A stretch of DNA of 64,000 nucleotides, from positions 253,580,001 to 253,644,000 of the forward strand of contig OZ024743.1 in the NCBI GenBank assembly GCA_964016885.1, read 5' to 3'. Under the pieces are notes generated by a model. It ran no database searches, was not told where the DNA came from, and was given only the letters and a program-made list of their open reading frames with translations. This DNA is from Eledone cirrhosa. Taxonomy: Eukaryota. The translations under genes were made by a program, and so were the position numbers. Shown here piece after piece: positions 15,978-27,012 of this stretch; positions within the stretch are counted from its first letter, which is position 1; every line of letters starts with the position of its first letter.

Positions 15978-16479
15978 ATAGTAGTAGTAGCAGCAGCAGC
16001 AGCAGCAGTAGTTGTTGTTGTTTTTGTTGGTGTTGTTGTTGTTGTTGATGTAGTACTCGGTGATCCTCCGTCGATTTCGAAGATGAGTATTATTCAGTTT
16101 GTTTAATCAAGTCTATATCATACTCATGTATAATATTGAATATTATATTCCACACCACGTGTACTCTTATGCACCCAGATTAGTATACCATACTCTATCC
16201 CTGTGTGTCATAAGAGATGAATAAAAGAGTTGCCACCGGGAAGAACAACCGGCAGTACAACCTTAGCTATCATTGGAGCCCATGCAACATTCCTTTTAGT
16301 TTTTCCCTTTCACTGCGCAGAATGTTTGATATTTTGAAAGTTGGTGTCCCGATAAATTGCACTCCGTAGTATGCGATTTCTTGGTTCCAGGCCCACCCAA
16401 GCATTTGGTAGAGAATAGGAGCGTTGCGTAAGCGATTTGCTGAGCCCCAGTTCGCCCAGAATTCGGTAGAGCGTGGAAA

Positions 16480-16700
16480 CATTATGTATGTGAGATGCAG
16501 GCCCACGGCCAACCAGAGAGGTCAGAATCTTTGCTTGAGTACTAGCTCGGTCTATGACGACATGTCCAACCATTTCTAATAGGGAAATCAGACAGGAAAA
16601 GTGATGAAGAAAATATGTTCCATAATATTTTAAAGCTGTCGAGTGGCGGCGTTTTGAAGTGCACTGTACGAATGCAATGGTCTCGCGGCTTTTCACCTAT
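16480..16700 (+). pseudogene. Possible decayed mariner transposase fragment
   Basis: Broken translation MTT..SNH..REIRQEK, KYVP* (cf. KWVPHEL), RRFEV. Confidence 0.35.
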
Positions 16701-17519
16701 ATAGCTTGTAATATACGAAGGATCTATACCACTGGGCCTACAAAGCTTTAACCTCTGTATTGTGTACGGAAAATGTCATTAAAATGCTTGTTGTTGTCAT
16801 GTCTATCTTTAATTATGTCTAACATAGCTAGACTTTCGAATTACAAATACAGTTCAACATATGGAAAAAGCGTTTCCACCTACCCAATTTTACTCACATG
16901 ACTTGGGACAATCCGTAGATATGGTAAACGACGATTGTCCTTGATGCCACCTACCTGAATCGAACCCGTGACCCTATAGTTGCGAAGCTAACATTTTAAA
17001 CATTCAGCTATTACCAAATAACACATCTGTTCTCTGTCTAGCGTTTTAGCTATCTTTGCTATGTTGATCTTATTTGAAATCAATATTATTGATGTTGACG
17101 TTGTTGTCGTGTAGCTGTTGTTGTCTATTGGTTGTTATTGTAGACTAGAGGTTATAGAGTAACTGTTGTTGTTTGTATTGTTGTTGTTGATGCTGTAGTA
17201 TTTGTTGTAGCTTTTGTTGTTTATGTAATAGGAGTTGCAGTTGTTGTTTTTTATTGTTGGTGATGGTGTTTTTGTTTTAGTTGTTAAGTAACTAAAGCCA
17301 TCTCTAACCAAGCAGACATATTCAACAGCAGTAAAACAATTGACTGATTTCAGAGCTAACACAAATGTACTCTGCTCTGTATTTGCCAAAGTTCGGTGTC
17401 TTTTGGAACCATCTTAAAAACTTCGACATGCAAGGATTAATATTATTGCTGCTGTTATTATTATTAATGATAATGATGGTGATAGTGTTGATGTTTCAGC
17501 TAGTTATCGACCTGACCAA

Positions 17520-18100
17520 TCAGACGTATGATCAAAGGTATTGAAGCTATGAACATCCAGTATTTTCAAGAAAGGTGAATCCTGGACATTATCCAATATG
17601 TGGTTTAGTTAAAGTCAGTAGGTTATCGTAGTTTGAAGACGATATTTGACTGCTATTTCTAGCAATTAGGGTGACCACATACTGGTTCCTTCATTAGCTC
17701 GCATTGATGTCGAGCACAGTGTGAAAATATTCAAGTATATTACATCTATTTTTCCAGTGTTTTGAGGAATGGTGATTCCTGGATATTATCCAATATGCAT
17801 TTTTGTTAACGCTAATAAGTTGTCGTAGTCTGACGGAGATATTTGGCTGCTATTTCTAGCAGTTTGGGAGGCCATATAGAGGTTTATTCATTAGCTGGCA
17901 GGTTATAACTATGTTGGAACGTATTGTGAAAATAGTGAAAATATTTAACTGTTTCGTCTATTTTCCAGTGTTATCAGGAATGTTGGTACTTGGATACTAT
18001 CCAACATGATTTTGATAAAGACAGTCGTCTGTGCTAGTTTGAAGGAGATATTTGGTTTCTAATTCTAACAGATTGTGTGGTTACTTTACAGGTTTATCGA
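17520..18100 (+). repeat. Three diverged tandem copies of a ~200-bp repeat
   Basis: ctggatattatccaatatg...ggagatatttggctgctatttctagca repeated at about 17580, 17780 and 17990. Confidence 0.75.
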
Positions 18101-18687
18101 CCTCCTCGAGGTGAGCCCAGAAAACTGATCACGAATAGGCGAACGACAACCTGATACCAACTCATACGCAAAAAGAACCTTTCTTCATTAGTTTGTAGGG
18201 ATTAAACAATATTAGAATATTTTGTCTATTTTTGCTAGCCTTGTAATCTATTCAGGTGCGACTGAAGCCTTTGCTAATAAAGTGGGTCGATTCCACAAAG
18301 TGATAGTGGTGGTACAAATATGCAATATACCTGGTACATTCTGTAACTTGAGTGATATGGGAAAGGTACACAGCTGTAAACATCATGCAAAATAAAGAGT
18401 TGGCGTGAATCTTCAGTTCGGTCAAGGACATGAGAACCTATATTGTGCAGGTCTCACAATATAATACACCATTAAATAGGGCATCCAGCCGTAGCAGCGA
18501 TGACAAACACGGAACGCATGTAAATGAAATGCCCACTCCCACTCACCACCATCCCATCTAGACGGGGTGTAATTTGATTTAAGTACAAATTTGGTTCGTA
18601 ACGAAATGTTCAAACAATGCCAGCATGGAAAAAAGAGCGATGAATGATGATGATGAATAATGCCAAAAAATTCAATGATATGACTTA

Positions 18688-19610
18688 TGGAGGATTAGCA
18701 GAATCGTCAGAGCCACGGACAAAACGCTCTGCGGCATTTAGTTATGGTTCTTTGTGTTCTGAATTAAAATTTCGATAGGGTTACCTTTGCCTTTTATCGT
18801 TTTGGGGATTGTTAACAAAGTATCAGTTATGTACTGGAATCAATATAATTTACTTTCCTCTTCCTACGAACATTACCGGCCTTCTTGCCAAAATTAGAAA
18901 CCATTATGGTGGATTGGCAGTATCGGTAGAGGGTCGGACGCCATTCTTTGCAGCACAGTTACGTCCCTTTACGGACTAACTTCAAAACTCGCCGAGGTGA
19001 ACTTTGCCTTTCATCCTTAAGTGGTCGATAACATAAAGTACCAGAAATACACTGGGATAATTGCTGGCCTTGTGCCAAAAGTAGAAACAACTATTAGTTT
19101 TATTAGTTTTAAAAGGGCGGTGGATTGGCAGTATCGGTAGAAGGACGGACGCCATGCTTTGTAGCAACGAGTTACGGCCCTTTATGATCTGAGTTCAAAT
19201 CCCGCCGAGGTTAACTTTGCCTTTCATCCTTACGGGGTCGACAAAATAAAGTACCAGTAATACACTGTTATAATTGCTGGCCTTGTGCCAAAAGTAGAAA
19301 CAATTATTTGTTTTATACTTTATATTTCAATACTGGTGCATATAGTATATATTAAATATCTTACTTAATGATTCTGCTAATCCACTATTTTACTGTTATA
19401 GTTGATTAGCAGAATGATTAGAGCGTCGGACCAAATGTTGTGAGGCATTTAGCTATGAGACATCAGATTCTTAGTCTCCACCCGCCAGCTCATGTTTGTC
19501 CTCAATTTTTCTGGATTCCATGAAATAAAGTATCAATCAAATAATATTTTCAATATAATCGACTTCCTCTACTCTCAAATTGTTGGCCCTGTGCCAATGT
19601 TAGAAAGAAT
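18688..19610 (+). mobile_element. Four head-to-tail tRNA-derived SINEs with a Nin/Deu-like central domain
   Basis: A box (TGGCAGTATCGGTAG), B box (GAGTTCAAATCCC), then GCCGAGGTTAACTTTGCCTTTCATCC..GGTCGA..AAAGTACCAG; units at about 18690, 18910, 19118 and 19405. Confidence 0.8.
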
Positions 19611-19874
19611 TCTTATTGAGGGAGATGGGCTGAAATAGTCAGTACAATTCGCAACACTCGTAGATGGCTTGCTACTTCCCGACCGCAGCAAATAGGAAGT
19701 GTCCCAACTACTATGGGTTTAACGATGAATCGATCGGAGAGCGGTTGGTAATTTATCAGCTGATGATCTTCTCCAACTTCTCAGACAATGGGCTTCTTTC
19801 ACCTGTTGAATTCACCTGGTTGTTATTGAAGAAAGTATCGCCGGATATTATAGGTTTGATGTGAAATCTGCCAA

Positions 19875-19945
<71 letters not shown>

Positions 19946-20610
19946 GTGAGAGTGAAAGAGAGAGATTGCTAATTTATCAGTTTGTGATCTTCAGTCTGTC
20001 AGTAGGGCAATGAATCTGTGTTTGAAGTTGATATCACCCGGTTGCCAGTGAAGTAAGTATTGCTACAGGTCGCATCCCAGATAAGGGGCCTTTCCTCTTC
20101 AAAAAGAGAAAATTATTAAGCAGTCCTACCTTTTGCCGTCTCCTCAGTCTAACCGTACCGGTACAAGTCTAATGTTCTCAAACATATGAGCAGATGAATT
20201 ATATTATATAAACAATGTAAACATGCTTTACTTTATTCCAGTACTGTAATTCAACTGTAAATATATCTTCAGTTTATCTTGCCGAATAGTTTCCTATTTT
20301 CAATTTGCTTAGTAATAGCTTTATTTATGTATACATTTATTTATTTTCCCCCTATTTAACTACTTGAATTTATTCAATTTATGTAATATTCTTTGCATAA
20401 AAACACTTGCAGATATTAATCAAGAGTTTTCTCTTTCCTCGAGACAAGAATTTTCATTTTATTTAAACAATTTTCTTTCGGAACATCTAAATTTTAATTC
20501 TCAGAGAAATTCGCCAAATATATGCAACAGCAACAATGACAGCGACAATGATGACGATGAAAATGATGATAACATCAACAACAACAACAACAACAACAGC
20601 AACAATAATT

Positions 20611-20661
<51 letters not shown>

Positions 20662-20931
20662 ATTTCTTTATTAACCACAAGGGTTTACATAAAGTAGACA
20701 TTAAGGACAGTGCAGGACAATGCAGGACGGTACAAATGGGCATTTCTGCGTGTAAAAAAAAAAAAAAAAAAAAAACAGAGGATGTAACAAAAATAACAAT
20801 GAAAATAACAATGAAAAATTCCCCAATAGGGGGGAGACTTCGGAGGGACATTTGTGGAGAAAGCCCAGTAAAAAGCCACAATGACCCTGACCACCAAGGC
20901 AAGTGCCCTCTCCCAGTTTTCCACCTTTAGT

Positions 20932-23900
20932 TTACAGATATATACTCAGAGTCGGCCCATTCACTCGGGCCATTCTTGCTTCTCTCACCCATCTTTCAAC
21001 AAAATGCTGGGAAGAGAGCACTTCCTTCTCTACTCTGATTTTCCTTTTCAAATGAAATTTGAAAAAGTCAATCAGAGCATCACCGAAGAGGTAAGTGCTC
21101 GTCTTCAGCCCTTTCAAACGTGTCCACCATACTATCTCTTTCGCCATGGCCACCAGACAGATAAAAACTGCCTGCCCTTCCCGGCTAAAGGAGGAGGGCG
21201 GGGCAATCCTCACGATAGACTCAGATGATAGCTGGATCCGTCCTAAACGCGACAGCAGGTGTTCGACATAAACCCACAAGTCAGCAATTTTCGGACACTG
21301 GACGAGTGCGTGCAGGACGGTTTCGTCGCCCTGCGCGCATCTCGGACATGCCCGGCTGACGGCACCTCCATGCCTGTAGAGTTTATCCCGAACTGGCAAG
21401 GCTCCTCGGTAGCACTGCCAGGCCAGAGATTTCTGGAAGTTGTCCATAGGCCCTGGCCCGAAAGTTCTTCCGAAGAGATTGGCTAGTTGATTTTCGTCGA
21501 CGCCTAGAGTTTCCCCAAGTACGTCGTCGCTCTTCCCCTCCACTAATCCTCTATAGAACGCCGAAGTGGAGTTTCCACCGATCACATTGCCCGATTGGTC
21601 GAGGGCTGTGAGCGCCTGAAGACATTCCAGTCTCCAGGCGCTCCCTCTCGGTCTTCGCTTGACCCAGGACTGCAGCTCCGTCAAGGAAACGAGCTGGGGA
21701 AAAACGCGTCTAGCAAACGGCGACCACACCTGATCACCGTCGAGGAAGAGGTGGAGATGTCGTAGCCTGTGCGCGTGCCTGCGCATCATCAGCCACGGCA
21801 TGCCCAGCCCTCCACGTAGCGGGTGTTGACAACAGATGGACCGCCTGACCATCGGAGCACGTCCCTTCCACAAAAAGCGAAAGAGCAAACGCTCCAGCGC
21901 AGTCAGGCGAGGCTTAGGACAAGGTACGACGGTTAGGCGGTAGCAGATGACAGACGCGATGTACGCGTTAGCCACCTCCGCTCGACCTTTCAGGGATAGC
22001 TTCCTCTCCGCCCATTTCTGGGTGAGAGAAGCCACCCTGCTCGTCACCTCGTCCCAGTTTTTGTCCGTCTGGAGGTCCGGACCGAACCAGACCCCTAGCA
22101 ATTTAACCGGTCCGTCCGTCCAGCGCCCGACGACGCTGTTGGACGGCATGGACCTGCCTCTCCAGGTGCCGAGCTGCAGGCCCACTGACTTTTCCTGGTT
22201 GATCATTGCTCCTGTCACCGCTTCGTATTCTCTTAGTGTAGTGCCGATCGCCTCGATGTGTTTGGCGTTCGACACCACTACGGTGACATCGTCCGCATGT
22301 GCTGACACGGATCTTCCGCATCCTAGTTCGCGCGGGACTCCCCTCAACGTCTCCAGTTTGTGCAGTAATGGCTCGAGAGTCAATACGTACAAGAGGGACG
22401 AGAGGGGACATCCTTGGCGGACCGAGCGCATGATGTTGAACGGTTCCGACAGGTGACCGTTCACTCTCACCACAGAGCAGATGTCGCTGTGCATGGCAGC
22501 GATCCAGCCTCTGAAGACGGGCCCAAAGCCAGCCGCCCTCAGGACTGCCGCTAGGTAACGATGGTCGACCCTATCGAAAGCTTTCGACTGATCTAAATTG
22601 ATCAAAGACCCACCCGTGCCAGGTTCCCTAGCTACCCTCTCTACGATGTATCGCATGAGGTGGAGGTTGTCGTGGATGGATCTGTCGGGAATGGCGCATG
22701 TCTGCGCCTCTCCCACCAGACCACCAACGACAAGCGCCAACCTCTTTGCTAGCACCTTGGCCAAAATCTTAAACTCTGTGTTTAGCAGAGTTATGGGCCG
22801 GAAATTGTCTATGTTATCCCCCTTGTTCGGATCCTTTCTCAGCAGTGCCACCGCTCCTCGGCTCACAGAACTGGGAATTCTCCCGTTCTGTTGCCAGTTG
22901 CAGTAGACGTCCGCCAAGAGGCCTCCGAACAAGTCTGGCATCTGTACGTAAAGTTCATAGGGCAGACCATCCAAACCAGGCGATTTACCCCTTGTGCAGC
23001 CAGTCATTGCCTCCCGTACTTCAGCGGCTGTTATCGGCTTTTCGCAACACTTCGCCTCAGTGGCCGAGAGCCGCGGCAGTCCGTCGAGGTAGACACTAAA
23101 GTCCATCCCTCTACCCGGCCCCCCGCTGCCCCCGAACAGCTGAGCGAAGTGTCGCTGAAAAGCTTCACACATTTGCCCGGGATCGAGTAGCATGCGCCCG
23201 TCGTGTTCCACCAAAGACCGGATCGTGGCTTTGTTGCCACGACGCGCCTCCGCCACTCGGGCCCATTGAACGGCTTTCGTCCCCTCGTGTCTGAGAGCAC
23301 GCACCCTAGCTCTGACAACGCAGCCTTCGTGCTTTGCATTGAAGAATTGGTCAAGGGCCAATTTCGCCGCAAGCACGTCGGTCGCAATGCCTTTGCTAAG
23401 CGCCTCGTCTAATTTTCTAACTAGTTCTCCCTCTGCTCTATTTTTCTCTATTGCTAAAGCCTTACTAAACCTAATCGATTCTATTTTAATCGCTCTTTTC
23501 AGAGCAAACCACCACTTGTTGTTGACGATGGCCCCCGTCAACGCCCGCTTAACTAGTTCGCTAATCCGGTCTCTGTAGGCCTTGCGCGCTGGTAAGGACG
23601 CGTTTAGCTTCCAGTAGCCGGGTCCTCGTCTATGAAGCCTATCTATGTCAAGCACACAGGTCACGAATTTGTGGTCCGTGTAGCTGACTATCTTGAATTG
23701 TGGACAGCCTATGCTAGACCTATCTATTTCCCTACAAAATACTCTATCTAGATATGATCTGGATGACCCTATGCGGTTTGTCCAAGTCCACATTGGCACA
23801 TTCGGGAAATCCAATCGGTACCTGTCAGACAGTTCAAAACGCCTGAGCAGGTTGGTGAGGCTCTTGCACCCTCCACCCCTATCCGCTAATCCCACACAGT

Positions 23901-24351
23901 CCCAGCGTGCATCTAAGATCCCGTTCCAGTCGCCCACTAACACTAAAGAGCGGGACGTTCCAAGAAAGGTCTCCAGACGCCGGAAGAAATCAGGCCGCCC
24001 TGCTCCTGTCGGGGCATAGACGGCCACTAGCCTGAAAGCTTGCCCGTCTCCGCTGGTCACGTCCAGCACCACCAGCTTACCCTCTGGGTCCAGGAAGATG
24101 GCCCGTATGGCGAGATCCAAACCTCTCCGAAAAAGCACAGCAACTCCTCCACCCGATCCAGGACGGCTGGGAGATGCGTACACATCGTAGCCGCCGAAGA
24201 TCGGTGCGAAGGCCCGTGCTTCGGAGATTCTGGTCTCGCTGATGGCCACTACATCTATGTTTAGTGACCTGAGGTCGTTGAGCAGGTGACCCTGCTTCCA
24301 TGACGACCCCAAGCCACGCGCATTTATGCTGCCTATTCTGAGTGAGGTCAT
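20932..24351 (-). CDS. ORF2p: APE endonuclease + reverse transcriptase + C-terminal CCHC, 1139 aa (copy 1, HADD)
   Basis: APE motifs SINARGL, SETR, YAP, GDWN, LDRV, TDHK; RT motifs KSPGLDGLP, FRPITLLNTEFKIL, DQSKAFDRV, VRQGCPLS, HADD, LLGV; C-terminal CPRC..ETVLHALVQC. Confidence 0.95.
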   Translation of the reverse strand: MTSLRIGSINARGLGSSWKQGHLLNDLRSLNIDVVAISETRISEARAFAPIFGGYDVYASPSRPGSGGGVAVLFRRGLDLAIRAIFLDPEGKLVVLDVTSGDGQAFRLVAVYAPTGAGRPDFFRRLETFLGTSRSLVLVGDWNGILDARWDCVGLADRGGGCKSLTNLLRRFELSDRYRLDFPNVPMWTWTNRIGSSRSYLDRVFCREIDRSSIGCPQFKIVSYTDHKFVTCVLDIDRLHRRGPGYWKLNASLPARKAYRDRISELVKRALTGAIVNNKWWFALKRAIKIESIRFSKALAIEKNRAEGELVRKLDEALSKGIATDVLAAKLALDQFFNAKHEGCVVRARVRALRHEGTKAVQWARVAEARRGNKATIRSLVEHDGRMLLDPGQMCEAFQRHFAQLFGGSGGPGRGMDFSVYLDGLPRLSATEAKCCEKPITAAEVREAMTGCTRGKSPGLDGLPYELYVQMPDLFGGLLADVYCNWQQNGRIPSSVSRGAVALLRKDPNKGDNIDNFRPITLLNTEFKILAKVLAKRLALVVGGLVGEAQTCAIPDRSIHDNLHLMRYIVERVAREPGTGGSLINLDQSKAFDRVDHRYLAAVLRAAGFGPVFRGWIAAMHSDICSVVRVNGHLSEPFNIMRSVRQGCPLSSLLYVLTLEPLLHKLETLRGVPRELGCGRSVSAHADDVTVVVSNAKHIEAIGTTLREYEAVTGAMINQEKSVGLQLGTWRGRSMPSNSVVGRWTDGPVKLLGVWFGPDLQTDKNWDEVTSRVASLTQKWAERKLSLKGRAEVANAYIASVICYRLTVVPCPKPRLTALERLLFRFLWKGRAPMVRRSICCQHPLRGGLGMPWLMMRRHAHRLRHLHLFLDGDQVWSPFARRVFPQLVSLTELQSWVKRRPRGSAWRLECLQALTALDQSGNVIGGNSTSAFYRGLVEGKSDDVLGETLGVDENQLANLFGRTFGPGPMDNFQKSLAWQCYRGALPVRDKLYRHGGAVSRACPRCAQGDETVLHALVQCPKIADLWVYVEHLLSRLGRIQLSSESIVRIAPPSSFSREGQAVFICLVAMAKEIVWWTRLKGLKTSTYLFGDALIDFFKFHLKRKIRVEKEVLSSQHFVERWVREARMARVNGPTLSIYL

Positions 24352-24386
24352 GTTTAAAATAGAGTGGAAAAGATGGGAAAGACCAC

Positions 24387-26480
24387 TTACCGTACTTTTG
24401 GTAGAGGAGGGATGGTTTTTACATCCCTTTTCACTTGATCGTCTGGTGAAGGGACCGTTGAATCGTCCCTTCGGCTGGTCGTCGGCTCTTCTAAGAGAAT
24501 GTCTGAATATACTCTTCGATTGATGGTTCCTCCTAGGTCCCTGAAATCACCAACTGCGTTGGGGAATTTCGTTTTAATGTTTGTGTATTGTTTCTGTGCT
24601 ATTTTTAGCAGTCTTATGTTAGTTGGCGTTTTGATTGGTGCTGGTATTATGTAGTCCTGTTGTGAAATGTCTGTGTGTTCAATTATGTAAGTCATTAGTT
24701 TCTTGTTGTGTGTGTTTATTGCCGTGCATTTGTTTTTCTGGGGGTGGGGTGTGGTTCTGCTATTTTCTTGTCGTTGTTGCTGGGTGTGTGTGTTTTGTTG
24801 TTGTGTTTGCGATGTTGGTGCTTGTGGTGGTGGTGTTGAAGGTGTTGTTGGCGGTGGGGTTGTCGCCGGTGGTGATGGTGGTGCTGGTGTGGGTGGTGAT
24901 GGTGTTGGTGGTGTTGCTGCTGTGGGTCTCTTTGCAGTAGACTTTACCCTTTTCTCATTTCTTTCCTCCCTTTTCAAAGGCGACGATGCGCTGCTTCTGC
25001 GTTTGTGCCTTCTTGCGACCTTTTGCCATCCCTCTCCCACCTCACACTCCATGTCTGATTCTGTAAGGTCGGGGAGGGGTACCAGCTCCACTCTTTCACT
25101 TGTTGTTGTTGGTGATGTTTGCACTGGAGTCTCTGTTGCAGCTGCATTTGGTATTGCTGTTGTTGTTGTTAATATTTCCACTGCTGCTGCTGTCTTTGAT
25201 TTCCGTGGAGTGGGTATGGGTGCCACGGACCTATCGTTCCTGGTTGCCGCTTGTCCTGTTGCTGGTAGCCGTGGAGCCGGATTCGGAAGGAGGGGGGTTT
25301 TCTCCTTTCTCAGGGTCTTCTCGTTGCAGAAGGCCCTGAGGTGAGTCTTCGATCCACAGCGAAAGCATTTCGGGCGTTTGCCCTCAACACTTATGGGCAG
25401 TTGAGTGCCGTTATCGAAGTCTATCACATCCGGGATAGCTTCGATGCACTCCTGGTTAGTTTGGATTAGCATCTCAATGGAGGAGCCGACCCAATCTTCT
25501 CTTACTTTTTTCTGTACTTGCAGTACAGTTGTTTTGTCCTCGATTCCGACGAGGACAGACGCGGCCAGCCAAGAAGGGGTCATTCCGGGGGGGACGTGGG
25601 TCAGTTTGACCCTCACAATTTTTTGCCCGCAGTAGGAGGGCACCAACACCATTTCCTCGCTCCTTAGGGTCACTACTGATTGGGCCTTTGCCTCCTGGGG
25701 TGTGGCAAAAAGTACGTCTACGGTGGCGTATTTTTTGCCTCGGGTGATGTGCGTTTTCCTCTGCCACACAGACCCCAAGGCTTTTTGTATTTGGGCCTCT
25801 GTGGCTCTTTCCACCCTACGGGATTTTGTACTTACTGTACGGTACGTGACCGTACAGTGCTCTTGGGTTTCGAAAAAATTTTTCGCTGCCTTGCAGATTG
25901 CTCGGTGTCCGTTCTTTGTCACCATCTTCTTCGCTTCCTCTAATTCCTCATTTGTTATGAGGATTGTTTCCAAGTTTTTCGCAATACCTGCAAATGAGAT
26001 TGGTTTTTCTCTGCTGTTGTTGTTGTCGTCAGAGCTGCTGGTACTTTTGTTGCTGCAGGTACTACGACTACTGCCTCCGCCGCTGTTGCTGTGGTTGTTG
26101 TTGGTGTTGCTGCTGCTAATGCTGTTGTTGTTTATGCTGCTGGTGATGCTGTTGCGGCTGCTACTGTTGTTTTCATTGTCACTGTTGCTGTTGTTATTAC
26201 GGCTGCTACTGCTATTATTCCTGACGTCAGACGAATGAACTGGGTTTTCGTATTTCCCGCACACCTGTTTCGTCGCTGTCGTCGTCGTCGTGGAGAAACC
26301 TTGCACGCTTTGCACGAGACTTTTCTTTTCTTTCGTCGCTTGCGAAAGAGAAGGGAGGGAGAGAGACACATTTAAAGAAGGGAGGGAGAGAGACAATCTT
26401 CTCTCTGCTGTAGTGATGATTGAGGAAGAAGAAGACGGAATGAGTGGGAGTGACGTATGAAATTTCTTTTTGGTAGCCAT
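24387..26480 (-). CDS. ORF1p gag-like RNA-binding protein (RRM-like region + one CCHC knuckle), 697 aa from first ATG (copy 1)
   Basis: CFRCGSKTHLRAFC = CX2CX4HX4C after an RRM-like region (VRVKLTHVPP...IPDVI); N/S-rich and P/T-rich linkers; first ATG at 26480 (the track start at 26513 is TTG); 35-nt spacer to ORF2. Confidence 0.9.
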   Translation of the reverse strand: MATKKKFHTSLPLIPSSSSSIITTAERRLSLSLPSLNVSLSLPSLSQATKEKKSLVQSVQGFSTTTTTATKQVCGKYENPVHSSDVRNNSSSSRNNNSNSDNENNSSSRNSITSSINNNSISSSNTNNNHSNSGGGSSRSTCSNKSTSSSDDNNNSREKPISFAGIAKNLETILITNEELEEAKKMVTKNGHRAICKAAKNFFETQEHCTVTYRTVSTKSRRVERATEAQIQKALGSVWQRKTHITRGKKYATVDVLFATPQEAKAQSVVTLRSEEMVLVPSYCGQKIVRVKLTHVPPGMTPSWLAASVLVGIEDKTTVLQVQKKVREDWVGSSIEMLIQTNQECIEAIPDVIDFDNGTQLPISVEGKRPKCFRCGSKTHLRAFCNEKTLRKEKTPLLPNPAPRLPATGQAATRNDRSVAPIPTPRKSKTAAAVEILTTTTAIPNAAATETPVQTSPTTTSERVELVPLPDLTESDMECEVGEGWQKVARRHKRRSSASSPLKREERNEKRVKSTAKRPTAATPPTPSPPTPAPPSPPATTPPPTTPSTPPPQAPTSQTQQQNTHTQQQRQENSRTTPHPQKNKCTAINTHNKKLMTYIIEHTDISQQDYIIPAPIKTPTNIRLLKIAQKQYTNIKTKFPNAVGDFRDLGGTINRRVYSDILLEEPTTSRRDDSTVPSPDDQVKRDVKTIPPLPKVR

Positions 26481-26693
26481 GTTTTTTTGTTTAAAATGAA
26501 ATTTTGGGTACAAAACCCCAATAACTGGTTATTTAACCCCGAAGGGCCAAATAACGGACAGAAAGACCCCTCTCACGAGGAGGAGGGTGTCTTTATCAAC
26601 AATTTGGTTCAAGTTTTAAACAATTTACAATTGTTTTAACGGTTAAAAATTACTATACCTTACAGAGCCGAGCCTCCGTCAACCATGGCATTC

Positions 26694-26752
<59 letters not shown>

Positions 26753-27012
26753 TTTCTTTATTAACCACAAGGGTTTACATAAAGTAGACATTAAGGACAG
26801 TGCAGGACAATGCAGGACGGTACAAATGGGCATTTCTGCGTGTAAAAAAACAAAAACAGAGGATGTAACAAAAATAACAATGAAAATAACAATGAAAAAT
26901 TCCCCAATAGGGGGGAGACTTCGGAGGGACATTTGTGGAGAAAGCCCAGTAAAAAGCCACAATGACCCTGACCACCAAGGCAAGTGCCCTCTCCCAGTTT
27001 TCCACCTTTAGT

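Larger units (their letters stand above)
20661..26693 (-). mobile_element. Full-length L1/Tx1-clade non-LTR retrotransposon, copy 1 (RT motif HADD)
   Basis: Two long ORFs with 5' and 3' UTRs; minus-strand 3' end reads AATAAAGAAATC(ATT)n; both ends abut (AAT)n; 9 bp longer than copies 2/3 because of an A22 tract at about 20754-20775. Confidence 0.95.

Noticed and set aside
19118-19210. A/B boxes suggesting tRNA genes
   Set aside because: No full cloverleaf, and they continue into a SINE body.
26560-26595. TCCTCGT in the LINE 5' UTR resembling the HDV L3 loop
   Set aside because: Folds as a simple hairpin; no nested pseudoknot partners found.
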